A stretch of DNA of 64,000 nt from the NCBI GenBank assembly GCA_963716395.1, contig OY970309.1, positions 3,072,001 through 3,136,000 on the forward strand, written 5' to 3'. Below are positions 28,525-38,067 of this stretch, piece by piece. This stretch comes from an uncultured Fibrobacteria bacterium (lineage in GTDB: Bacteria; Fibrobacterota; Fibrobacteria; UBA11236). The stretch's first letter is position 1. Each line of letters starts with the position of its first letter. The notes beneath the pieces are model-generated. The model was not told the DNA's origin. It worked only from the letters and a program-made list of their open reading frames with translations, and made no database searches. A program made the translations under genes and the position numbers.

Positions 28525-28803
28525 ATGGACGCAAACCAGGAGGTTCCCGTGCCGGACCTGAAATCTTCCGATCCGATTCGCTATCGGACATCGGGACAAG
28601 TCGCGAAATCCCTGCGGGTTTCGGTTTCGACGCTGAAACGTTGGCTGGAAGAACGTCCCGGGTTGGCGTCTTTCCGCAGCAACGCCAGTGGCTGGCGGCT
28701 TTTCACCGTCGAAGAAATCGAGTCGCTGCGGATCTATCAGCGGCAGAAACGACGTAATGGAAAAACCTTCAAACCCTCGACCTTGAGGCCTGTGGGCGAA
28801 TGA
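28525..28803 (+). CDS. MerR-type/excisionase-like HTH DNA-binding protein
   Basis: RTSGQVAKSLRVSVSTLKRWLE...RSNASGWRLFTVEEIESL. TATAAT lies 7 nt before the ATG. Confidence 0.85.
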   Translation: MDANQEVPVPDLKSSDPIRYRTSGQVAKSLRVSVSTLKRWLEERPGLASFRSNASGWRLFTVEEIESLRIYQRQKRRNGKTFKPSTLRPVGE

Positions 28804-30020
28804 AACCAGGCCTTTTGCTGCCACTGCTGCTGGCGGCCTGGCTGTGCCGGGAGCCGGTCTGTGGCGAGTCGGAGCGCTCGCAGGCCGAAGGCTTGCCCGG
28901 AGTCGCGGCGGCGAACACCGTCGGCCTGGGTGACATCTGGGTTACGGCAGGAACCGAAGCGACCATCGAGGTCGATCCCGTTCCGGCGTCAAACCTGCTG
29001 GGATTGGTCGACTCGAATTATCAAAACGATTTGACCCGGCTCATCGGGCCGGAGCGGAAATTGACGCGCACGTTGCGCCTGGTTCCGCATCTCACCGCTA
29101 CGTTCGGCCTGGCGCATTTTATCCAGTTCACGGTGGACGGCGTACCCTGGGACGGCCAGAAGATCGGTACCACCTCGGCCTGGATACAATGCACCCTTCC
29201 CGGCAACGACGGTTTGCGCTTCCTGGGCGCGGCGCTGGCGTTCGGAACCACCCTCTCCACGCAGGAAGACGTGTACGAGCGCAATGTCACCACCCCGGGC
29301 TTTGAACCGATTTTCCACGTGCGCGCTGCGCTCGACGCCGACCTGGTCCGGTACAACACCGCGTATCCCCTCAAGTTTTACCTGAACTACGACAACTTCG
29401 AAGATGAACGCCTGATCCACGCCTATGATCAGAACAAATTCCAGGCCGCGGTGGAATGGAAGGGCTTTTACGGCGGACCGTATGTGCGCTGGGCCGCTTA
29501 TCTGTATCGCCGCCTGCCCACTGTTTTCGATTCGGCCGTCGGGCGCCCCTGGAAACCGCTTTTCCACGATCTGGCCTTGGGCTACCGCTGGATGGCCGGC
29601 GACCGTTTCACCTTCACCGCCGAATTGAGTTTTGATCCGCTCTCGCCCTTCGCCTTTTACCGCGACGAGGCGCGCAAGCCGCCTCAACTTCTGATCCAAG
29701 TCTCGGCGCCCTTGCTGCGCCAGGAAACCCAGGCCGAAGCCTTGCGCGCGTTGTTGTTCACCGAAGCGGAACGCAAACGCCTGCGGACCGCCGCGTTGCG
29801 CCATCCCGCCGGAGAGAAGCCGCCGGACTCGGCCTCGACTGCCTTGCGCGCGGCCGGTCTGCCCGGAAATCTGGATTCGCTCAGCTTATCCAGCCATCCG
29901 CAAGACGCCAAAGAAGCCGAATTGCTGGAAAACATCCTCGGCGATAAAGAAAATGAAATCCGCGCCCGGCGCCAGAAAATCCGCGCTGAGCTGAAAGAAA
30001 TCGAGGCGTTGCTGCCATGA
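28800..30020 (+). CDS. Hypothetical exported protein, predicted beta-barrel with a C-terminal charged helix
   Basis: Signal peptide, alternating aromatic/hydrophobic strands, motifs shared with the next gene, ATGA overlaps on both sides. Confidence 0.7.
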   Translation: MKPGLLLPLLLAAWLCREPVCGESERSQAEGLPGVAAANTVGLGDIWVTAGTEATIEVDPVPASNLLGLVDSNYQNDLTRLIGPERKLTRTLRLVPHLTATFGLAHFIQFTVDGVPWDGQKIGTTSAWIQCTLPGNDGLRFLGAALAFGTTLSTQEDVYERNVTTPGFEPIFHVRAALDADLVRYNTAYPLKFYLNYDNFEDERLIHAYDQNKFQAAVEWKGFYGGPYVRWAAYLYRRLPTVFDSAVGRPWKPLFHDLALGYRWMAGDRFTFTAELSFDPLSPFAFYRDEARKPPQLLIQVSAPLLRQETQAEALRALLFTEAERKRLRTAALRHPAGEKPPDSASTALRAAGLPGNLDSLSLSSHPQDAKEAELLENILGDKENEIRARRQKIRAELKEIEALLP

Positions 30021-31264
30021 TGCGCGGGGCGGGAGTTCGCAGGCGTCTGGGTGCCCTGGCGGGTGTGCTTCCCTTATGGCTGTGCGTTTTCGGAGGTGCG
30101 CAGGACGTGGAACTGCGCGCGCGGCAAGATGGATTGGAGACCTCGTATTCTTCGTCGACGGCCGGTGTAGGCAACGTGCACCTCACGTTGTTCGGACGCA
30201 CTTTCTTGTGGGACAACCAGGCGGCACAGAAAGTCCCGCCTTTTTTGCCGCATGCCGAATTGAATTACGGCGTCACCGACAAGGTGGATATCACCGCGGG
30301 CTTCAACGCCCTCAGCTATGTCTTTCAGCCGGGCTATGCGTATTTGCGCCTCAAAGCCACGCCGCAAAGCAACAAGAACATCCGCTTTCTGGGCGTGGCC
30401 GGAATTCTCGAAGCCGATCACCAGATGTTCAACTTCTTTCCTTCCGACGGCTACCGCGTCCAAAGCGAAGGATTCGGCCCCGAAGGGTTCCTGTTCGGCA
30501 ACGGTGATTTCATCACCTCGATCAAAGCCTTGGCCGCGGTCGATTTGGAACTCATTCGGGTGTCTTCGTATCTGCCGCTAAAGCTGTATTTCAACGCCGG
30601 CTTTGAAGGCGAGTTCTCCTCGTACATCGCCGACGACAATGCCGCGCGCGCCCGGGCGGCGGGGGCCAAGGCCCCGGATCAAAGCTTCGACCGGATTCCG
30701 CTTTCCGCCGGAGTCGAATTCAAAACCTTCGCCACCGACTTTTTCGTCGAAGGCCAGGCGGAGCCCTTTCTTTCCAACCTCATGGCTTTGTCGCGGAGCC
30801 CGATGGGATGGGCGCGCTACCAGGTGGTGGGCAAAACCTTCGACGTCTCGCTGTGGGAAACCCCCATCAATCTGAACCTCGGGGCGCGCATGAAATACGC
30901 CAACGGCCTGGAACTGATGGGCGGGATCTCGTGGCTGCTGAGCCGCGATGTGGGCCCTTCGCTCGGGCCGTGCAATGCGCTGTACAACGCCTGCCGCGAG
31001 GGCGCCACCGACGGATTCTCCCCTTTCTATCCGCAGTGGAAGGTGTTTGCCTTGCTGCGTTATCCGCTGCGGTTCACCCAGCCCAGCAGCGAATTGTACC
31101 GATCGTTTTTATTGCGCCGCTACCAGGATCGCAGCCAGCGCGTGGATTTAAATCGCACCCTGCGCGCCGACGACGATTCGGCCGCCAGCGATGAACAGGT
31201 GCGCGAGCGCCGCCTGGAAGAACGTAGGAGGGAGGCCGATGCCCAGGCCGTCGACCTCAACTGA
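30017..31264 (+). CDS. Hypothetical exported protein, paralog of the upstream gene
   Basis: Signal peptide, beta-strand pattern, NIRFLG and DLELIRVSSYLPLKLYFN matching the upstream gene. Confidence 0.7.
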   Translation: MMRGAGVRRRLGALAGVLPLWLCVFGGAQDVELRARQDGLETSYSSSTAGVGNVHLTLFGRTFLWDNQAAQKVPPFLPHAELNYGVTDKVDITAGFNALSYVFQPGYAYLRLKATPQSNKNIRFLGVAGILEADHQMFNFFPSDGYRVQSEGFGPEGFLFGNGDFITSIKALAAVDLELIRVSSYLPLKLYFNAGFEGEFSSYIADDNAARARAAGAKAPDQSFDRIPLSAGVEFKTFATDFFVEGQAEPFLSNLMALSRSPMGWARYQVVGKTFDVSLWETPINLNLGARMKYANGLELMGGISWLLSRDVGPSLGPCNALYNACREGATDGFSPFYPQWKVFALLRYPLRFTQPSSELYRSFLLRRYQDRSQRVDLNRTLRADDDSAASDEQVRERRLEERRREADAQAVDLN

Positions 31265-34200
31265 ACGCCGGCACCGCCCGGGTCCGGAGTTCTGGGCCTT
31301 GCTGCTGACGCTGGCGTCGGCGGTGGGGGGAGTTGCGTCCCCGCCGCCCGATACCGCCGCGTCGCCCTGGGGATCGGCGCGGGAATTGGCGGGCCGCCTG
31401 GCGGAGGAGCGCCGCAAGCTCGACGACCTGCGCGAAGGCATCCAGCGGCTGCGCTTCGCGGCCGAAGACCTGCGCGATTTGCAACTCGATGCGCCGGCCG
31501 ATTTGCATTTCCAGGCGGGGGATGCAGCCGCGTTTGATCGCCGCGTCGAAGCCCTGGAAAACGCGACCCGGAAAACCGCGGACCGGGCCGAGGAGCTGGG
31601 GCGCGCGTTGCGCGATGCGATTTTTGTCACGCGCGAAATGGCGCAGGGAATACCCAATCGCGACATGATGAAATTATTGATGACGGACAACGTAAACCGC
31701 ATCGCGGCTTACCTGGCTGTGAACCGAGAAATCCAGGGACGCTGGGATTCGGCGCTGGCCGTGGTGCGCGAAGCGCGCCGACGCAGCGGGATTTCCGCTC
31801 CTCCCAGCACGGGCGGGGCCGAAGACGAGTTTTTCCGGGCCTTACGCGCCAACACGGGCACGGCGGCCGGAGAATTCCAATCCGAATTTCAGGGCTACAA
31901 GGATTCGCTGGCGGCCCGCACCGCGCACCGCGAAGAGTGGGAACAGATGGCGCGTCTCGATCTCTTGCGGGCGGAACAGCGCATTCGGGCCGGAGCCATG
32001 CAGCGGCCGCGGGAACGCAGTTGGATTCTGGAAGAGTTGGAGCGGCTGGCACAGCGCTATTCCGGCCGCATCGCTATCGGCGTGATCGAACACTATCTGG
32101 GCGAGGCCTGGCTTGAAAGCGGGCAGCCGCTCCACGCCGCATCCGCCTTCGCCCGGGTCGAATCCGGCAGCCGCATGTACGCGGTGAGCCGGCTGGGTAT
32201 GTTGCGCGCATTTTTCGCGGCCGGCTTGGATGATTCGGTGGTGACCTATTACCAGGCCCTGTCTGCTCCCGGCGCCTGGCCAGATTCGCTGCGATCGCCG
32301 GCGCGTTTCCTGGCGGTGCAAAGCGAATATGCCCTGGGCCGCGACAGCGCCATCGGGCCGGAAGTCTTGTCGGCCAAAGATCGCGGACCTTATTATCACC
32401 GCAGCCTGTTGATTTACGCCCAATCCTTGGTGCGCCAGGGCCGCCACGCCGAAGCGCGCCAGGTGCTGGCGGCCCTGTCCGGCCAGGCCCAGGTCGGCGC
32501 CGGGCTGCGCGGTGAAGTGGAAATGGATCGGGCGCATTTGGATTACGAAGACGGAGCCTATGAGGGTGCTTTGCGCGGTTACCAAGGCTTGCTTAACGAT
32601 TCCACTTTGCGCCCCGAAGCCCTGTACGGCATGGTCTGGTGCAATATCCGCCTGGGCGATTACGACGGGGCCGAATTCGTGTTGAAGCAGCTCATCACCC
32701 AGCATCCGGACACGCCCTGGGCCATGGATGGCTTCATGGTCTTCATCCGCAAACTCATGTTGAAAGCCCGCGACGAATGGGCCTATCGTCTGCAGGTCGA
32801 AGACGATGCCGGCAAGCTTCGCGAATTGCAGGCCAAACTGGCGGCGCGCCGAGATTCCGGCGCCGGAGATGCGGAGGTGCGCGATTTGCAAAGCCGCGTG
32901 CGGCGGGCGCAGGCGGCACTGGCCAAAACCCAGCCGCTGACCCCGGAGCAGGTGGCGGTGTTGTACCAACAGGCATTGAATCTGTGCGACTTCGTCGACG
33001 AACGCTATCGTACCGGCGAGTATTCGCAGGTGGGGTATAGCGACGATCGCGCGGCCGTGCTGGCCAAATTGCGTGTGGCCGAGTCCGGAGCGGCGGATTC
33101 GGATTCGGTGGCAGCCGGATCCGAACTTCGCCGGCGCATGCTGGAAAAGCTTTCGCAAACGCGGCTGCTCGCGCTCAACATCAACTTGTTGCATCAGTCC
33201 TGGCTGGAGGATTTGCTGCGCTATTACGAAACCCATTTGCAGGCCGATCTGGCGGCGGCGCGAAAACACGGCGACACGGCGGCGGTGGTCAAATTGCAGA
33301 ACCAGGCCCAGCATCTGGCCGATCAAATGTCCGAACGCATCGAAGCCAAATCCGATGACATTCTGGATCGCATCACCCAATTGGCGGCCGATCCCGCCGT
33401 GGCGGACCACATGGATTGGCTGCTTTTCCAGCGCGGGTATTTGCGCTACACCGGAGAGGAAGACGCCCTGAAACGGCGCCTGGCGCTCAACCGTATGCTC
33501 GCGGAAGCGGACCCCGATGCCTCCCCCGCGGACCGGCCGCTCGACGCGCAGAGGTACGAAGAGCCTTGGCTGGAATTGCTGCGCCGCTATCCCGGCTCGC
33601 CCTATGTGCCCGCAACCCTGTACTTCCTGGGTTACGCGCGCACCGCGCAGGGAAATGCGGATGCGGGGCTGCTACATTTCGAAGCCTTGGCGGCGCGATT
33701 TCCCCAATCGCCCTATGCTCAGCAGGCGTTGATTTTCATCGGCGAGCATTACTTCAATGACAACGATTTGGCCCGGGCCGAAAAGGCCTATGACCAGGTG
33801 TTGGATCACCCCGATTCGAAATATTTCGATCAGGCTTTGTACAAGTTGGCCTGGACGCGGTACCGGGCCAGCACCTACAAATCGGCCATCAGTTCTTTCA
33901 CCTATCTGCTGCAAGAAGCGCAGGCGCAGCCGAAACAGGGCAAAAGCCTGCTGACGCAGGAATCGCTCCAGTACACGGCTCTGAGCCTGGCCGAAAGCGA
34001 CACCAGCGGCGACGATGGCTTCGAAAAGTCCGAAGAGTTCAGCCGACGTCTCGGGGATCCGCGCATCGGCGCCGAGCTGCTGCATAAAATGGCGAATATC
34101 TATTTGCAGCAGGGGCGACTCGATCGCGCGAAGCGCGCCTTCGAGGCTCTGGTGAAGCGCTATCCCACCTACGATCAATTGCCGGCCGCCGAAATCGAAT

Positions 34201-34685
34201 TGGCCCAGGCCTATGACAAAGACCAGGATTTCTCCCAGGGGGCGGAAATTCGGGAGAAGGTGTTCGATCACTACGCGCCGGGAACCGCCTGGTACCAAAA
34301 CCTGAAAACTCCGGAAGCGCGCGCGGCGGCCGATACCTTGTTGGAGCATGCCATGGACGAGGCGGCGCGCCAGAGCCTGTATGCGGCCAAGCAGATGCCG
34401 GACTCCGTCGCCGGGGGCACCGCGCACCGTCAATTTCTGTATCGCAAGGCCATCGCCGATTACGATCGGCTGCTGAAGGCCTATCCCTCGCATCCCCACC
34501 AGGCGCGCTATTTGTATCAGCAGGCCGAAGCCTATTACGCCATGGACGACTTCGCGGCCGCCGCGAAGAAATACGTCGCGGTATCGCAAACGGCCGCGCC
34601 ACCCAAATTGGTGGTGATCAGCGCCTATAACGCCATCGTGGCCGCGCAGGATTTAGTGCGAAAGGCGGAAGGCCATGAGAAATAG
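31239..34685 (+). CDS. Large tetratricopeptide repeat protein
   Basis: GGAGG RBS before ATG 31239, hydrophobic N-terminal segment, many CpoB/BamD-like TPRs (RYPGSPYVPATLYFLG; RFPQSPYAQQALIFIGEHYF; SKYFDQALYKLAW). Confidence 0.88.
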   Translation: MPRPSTSTERRHRPGPEFWALLLTLASAVGGVASPPPDTAASPWGSARELAGRLAEERRKLDDLREGIQRLRFAAEDLRDLQLDAPADLHFQAGDAAAFDRRVEALENATRKTADRAEELGRALRDAIFVTREMAQGIPNRDMMKLLMTDNVNRIAAYLAVNREIQGRWDSALAVVREARRRSGISAPPSTGGAEDEFFRALRANTGTAAGEFQSEFQGYKDSLAARTAHREEWEQMARLDLLRAEQRIRAGAMQRPRERSWILEELERLAQRYSGRIAIGVIEHYLGEAWLESGQPLHAASAFARVESGSRMYAVSRLGMLRAFFAAGLDDSVVTYYQALSAPGAWPDSLRSPARFLAVQSEYALGRDSAIGPEVLSAKDRGPYYHRSLLIYAQSLVRQGRHAEARQVLAALSGQAQVGAGLRGEVEMDRAHLDYEDGAYEGALRGYQGLLNDSTLRPEALYGMVWCNIRLGDYDGAEFVLKQLITQHPDTPWAMDGFMVFIRKLMLKARDEWAYRLQVEDDAGKLRELQAKLAARRDSGAGDAEVRDLQSRVRRAQAALAKTQPLTPEQVAVLYQQALNLCDFVDERYRTGEYSQVGYSDDRAAVLAKLRVAESGAADSDSVAAGSELRRRMLEKLSQTRLLALNINLLHQSWLEDLLRYYETHLQADLAAARKHGDTAAVVKLQNQAQHLADQMSERIEAKSDDILDRITQLAADPAVADHMDWLLFQRGYLRYTGEEDALKRRLALNRMLAEADPDASPADRPLDAQRYEEPWLELLRRYPGSPYVPATLYFLGYARTAQGNADAGLLHFEALAARFPQSPYAQQALIFIGEHYFNDNDLARAEKAYDQVLDHPDSKYFDQALYKLAWTRYRASTYKSAISSFTYLLQEAQAQPKQGKSLLTQESLQYTALSLAESDTSGDDGFEKSEEFSRRLGDPRIGAELLHKMANIYLQQGRLDRAKRAFEALVKRYPTYDQLPAAEIELAQAYDKDQDFSQGAEIREKVFDHYAPGTAWYQNLKTPEARAAADTLLEHAMDEAARQSLYAAKQMPDSVAGGTAHRQFLYRKAIADYDRLLKAYPSHPHQARYLYQQAEAYYAMDDFAAAAKKYVAVSQTAAPPKLVVISAYNAIVAAQDLVRKAEGHEK

Positions 34686-37617
34686 ATTGGCTGCGGCGCT
34701 GACTGCGGTCTGGCTGGCGGGTTGCGCTGGCGGGCGCAAAGCCGCCCAGCCCTTGCCTGCGGCCGCCGACGATAGCGTGGCATCGCAACGGCTGGTGGCT
34801 CAACGCCGCGATTCGGCCAATACCTTGGAGGCGCATTGGCGCAGCCTCGATTCGGTGCAGGCGCCGGCGGAATTCGCTTCGAAGCTGTACCTGCTGACGC
34901 TCGACAATTTCCTGAAGGTGGCTCCCGACGATCCCCGCGCATCCCAGGTTCGGCTGTGGAAGGCCAACCAACTGTATAACAGCCAGGACTACGCCGCGGC
35001 CGTGCGCGAATACCAGGAAATTTTAAAACGCTATCCCAACTCGCCGGTAACGGCCGAAGCGGACCAGATGATCGCCCAGTCCTACGAACGGCAGGGCGAA
35101 CATGTCCGCGCCGAAGACTGGTATCGGCGCATGCTCAAAGACACCAGCGAAAGCGTGCGCCGCCAGGCCGAAGAACGCATTGCGCAGTCGATTTATCTGC
35201 AGGCCGGTGATTCCGAAAAGGCCGGAGATTTCCCCGCCGCCGCGCGCGTCTATGCCCGCGTGTCTCAGGAGTTTCCCCATGCCGACATCGCGCCCATCGC
35301 CCTCTTCAACGCCGGGGTCATGGCCGAACGCACGCAGAATTGGAAAGGCGCCATCGCCTTTTACAACCGCTTCTTCGATCTCTATTACGACTCCGATGTG
35401 CTGCCGCGCGCCATGTTCCGCGAAGCCAAATGCCGCGAGTTGAACGGCGAATTCAAAGCCGCCGGCGAGAAATACGTCAACTTGGCCAAGACCTATCCGC
35501 GCAGTCCGCAGGCCGAAGCCGCGGCTTACAGCGCCGGCTTCGCCTTTGCCAGTGCCGGGCTCACCGCCGCAGCCGCCCACGCCTTTGAAAACTATGCGAC
35601 CTTGTACCCCGATCAGGCCGAGGCTCCGAATCTGCTGTCGCGCGCCGTCGAGGCTTATGGCGCCCTCAAAGATTGGGATAAGGTGGCGGAATTGGAAAGG
35701 GAATTCGCCCAACGCTACGGCGGCGACAAATCGCGCCTGGTGCAGGCGCTGAGCATGGGGGGCCTCACAGCCGGGCAGCGCGGGCAAAAGGACCAGGCGC
35801 GCGGTTTGTCGCAGAAGGCCCTGGCGGAATTCGCCCAGTTGTCCTCCCCCGACGCCACGGCGCGTTATTACGCCGCCCAGGCGCACCAGACCCTGGGGGA
35901 TCTGGAAGCCGCCCGCATGCGGGATTTGCCCTTGCGGCCTTCGGCGCTGGAGTCCGACTTGAATGCCAAACGCGCGGCTTTGCGCGCCGCGGTGGAGGAA
36001 TATCTCGCGGCCATGGAATTGAAAATCGTCGATGGCGTCATTCAGGCCGGCACCGGCATGGGCGAAGCCTTTCGCACTTATGGCGACGAGGCGTATGCCG
36101 CCTTGCGCCGGCCCGGAGCCGTGCCCGCCGACCGTGCCGCGGCCGAAGCCGCGGCCTTGTCCGAACGCGCTTCGGCTTACAGCCGTGCCGCCGATCAGTA
36201 TCTGCGCGTACTGACGGTGGCGCGGGAGCAAAAGGTGAATAACCGAGCCATCCAAACAGCCCGCACGGCCTTGCGCCGGCTGATGGGGCGAACCCTGGCG
36301 GGATTGAATGATTTGGACAGCGCGTTGGCGGCGGCCTACCCGTTTCGCCAAGGCACGGTGGAAGAAGCGCTGTCGCTGCGCCTGGCGCGCGCGCAAAAAA
36401 CCTATCAAGCTTACCAGGAAAACCTGGAATGGATAGCCGGCGACTTTCCCCCGGCGCGCGTCGAGGCATGGGACAGCGCCACGGCCGACACCGTGGGCGG
36501 GGAAATCCTGGGCCGGGTGCTGGCGCAAGGCCGGATGTTCCAAGCGGTGGTCGACACCGCCGAGGCGGCGCCGATTCCGGCGGGCTATGATTCCGTGCAG
36601 ACTTTCTTCTACTTGGCCAAACTCCAACAGGATCTGTTGCCTTCGGTAGCCGCACGCGCGGCCGACGTATTTACGGCGGGCCTGCGCTTCGCCGATTCCG
36701 CCGGGTTGGCCGGCCAACCCGCAACCCGGGTGTTACGCGCCGCGTTGGGGCGCTCCCTCTTCGCCACCGCGCATGCCTTCGACATGCTGGCCGATCGCGC
36801 CTTGAGCCATCCGCCCATACCCGCGGGACTGCCGGACGCGCAGCGCAAAACTTTTCAAAAAAAGTTCGAACAAATCGGCTATGCTCTGCGGGATAAAGGC
36901 GTAGAGGCGCATCGCGCTTTGGTTTCCAGCGCCGTGCAAGGATTGGCGTCGCCCGCCTGGGCCGCCCGTTCTTTCGCCGCCCTGATGCGCGTCGAACCGG
37001 ATCGATGGACCTCGCCCGGCCGCGATACCGTGCAGACGTTCCAGACCGGGGCGGGATGGAAGGTTTGCCTGAAGTTTACCGTCGCTTCCGACTGTCCCGA
37101 TTCGGCCTGGGGGCCGGTAGTCCCCGCAGCCAAGGGTGACTCGACCGCGTCAAAGCGCAACCCCGGCATCTGGATTCGCGCGCCGGAGGGTCCGAAAAAT
37201 GCTGCTTCGGCCCCAATTCCGATGGTGTTTGCGGCGCCGCTGCCTTGGAGCGAAGATCCCGATTCGGTGCAGATGGAATGCGCCGCCACGGCGCCGGTGC
37301 ATTTTCGCCTGGGCGGCGACAGCTTGCCGCCGTACGCCGCGCCGACGACCGCGGAACGCCAATTCACCTTGTCGCCCCGGGCCGGCAATTTACCGCCCAT
37401 CGAGTTCAAACAAGGCGTACTGCTGGCCCTGACGATGAAGGCCAGGCCGGACACTGCCGCCGTTTTGTTTCGGATGCGCGTTTTCGGACGAGTGGGCGCC
37501 GGGGAAATCGTTTTTCCCTGGAATCACCAGCGGGTATCACAAGCCGCTCTCGACTCGTTGCAAAGTCTGCCATTCCCCGCGCCCAATTTCGAACCGGTGG
37601 ATGCGGAGAAGCACTGA
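34675..37617 (+). CDS. Large TPR lipoprotein
   Basis: LAGC lipobox, TPRs (RYPNSPVTAEA; EFPHADIAPIALFNAG; TYPRSPQAEAAAYSAG), beta-rich C-terminal domain. Confidence 0.88.
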   Translation: MRNRLAAALTAVWLAGCAGGRKAAQPLPAAADDSVASQRLVAQRRDSANTLEAHWRSLDSVQAPAEFASKLYLLTLDNFLKVAPDDPRASQVRLWKANQLYNSQDYAAAVREYQEILKRYPNSPVTAEADQMIAQSYERQGEHVRAEDWYRRMLKDTSESVRRQAEERIAQSIYLQAGDSEKAGDFPAAARVYARVSQEFPHADIAPIALFNAGVMAERTQNWKGAIAFYNRFFDLYYDSDVLPRAMFREAKCRELNGEFKAAGEKYVNLAKTYPRSPQAEAAAYSAGFAFASAGLTAAAAHAFENYATLYPDQAEAPNLLSRAVEAYGALKDWDKVAELEREFAQRYGGDKSRLVQALSMGGLTAGQRGQKDQARGLSQKALAEFAQLSSPDATARYYAAQAHQTLGDLEAARMRDLPLRPSALESDLNAKRAALRAAVEEYLAAMELKIVDGVIQAGTGMGEAFRTYGDEAYAALRRPGAVPADRAAAEAAALSERASAYSRAADQYLRVLTVAREQKVNNRAIQTARTALRRLMGRTLAGLNDLDSALAAAYPFRQGTVEEALSLRLARAQKTYQAYQENLEWIAGDFPPARVEAWDSATADTVGGEILGRVLAQGRMFQAVVDTAEAAPIPAGYDSVQTFFYLAKLQQDLLPSVAARAADVFTAGLRFADSAGLAGQPATRVLRAALGRSLFATAHAFDMLADRALSHPPIPAGLPDAQRKTFQKKFEQIGYALRDKGVEAHRALVSSAVQGLASPAWAARSFAALMRVEPDRWTSPGRDTVQTFQTGAGWKVCLKFTVASDCPDSAWGPVVPAAKGDSTASKRNPGIWIRAPEGPKNAASAPIPMVFAAPLPWSEDPDSVQMECAATAPVHFRLGGDSLPPYAAPTTAERQFTLSPRAGNLPPIEFKQGVLLALTMKARPDTAAVLFRMRVFGRVGAGEIVFPWNHQRVSQAALDSLQSLPFPAPNFEPVDAEKH

Positions 37618-37668
37618 AGGGAAATCGTGATGATATCGATAAAATCCGTTGTAATACAATATCTTAGA

Positions 37669-38007
37669 GTGACTCGATGCTTTCGAACCGGATTGTGGCT
37701 GGCCGCCGCTCTGGCGTTTTCCGCCTGGGGCGGCGAAACCAAATCGCCGCCGGCGGCGGGTGCGCACCATCCGGCCCAGGCCGCGAAAAATGCCGCGAAA
37801 AAGGCAGCGCCGAAAAATGAATTGGTGGTCGGCGATGGCGGATTGGAATTGGGCAAGGCGTTGGTGATCGAAGGCCGGGTGGAAAAACCCCAGGTGCAAT
37901 TTCCCATGCTGCGCGAACCACCGCCGCAACCCCAAATTCATTTCGATCAAAGCTTTCTTCCCGAAATTCTGGAATTGCATCGCCAGAATGTTCCCGACCC
38001 GAAATGA
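37669..38007 (+). CDS. Small exported protein, CglF/GltF-like
   Basis: Signal peptide, Ala/Lys linker, LVIEGRVEKPQVQF...DQSFLPEI. GTG start lies 8 nt after TACAAT. Confidence 0.65.
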   Translation: MTRCFRTGLWLAAALAFSAWGGETKSPPAAGAHHPAQAAKNAAKKAAPKNELVVGDGGLELGKALVIEGRVEKPQVQFPMLREPPPQPQIHFDQSFLPEILELHRQNVPDPK

Positions 38008-38067
38008 AAATCAAAGGAGGATGTACCTGGTTCGCTCCACCGGGTGATATCCGTTGCGAATAAGCTG

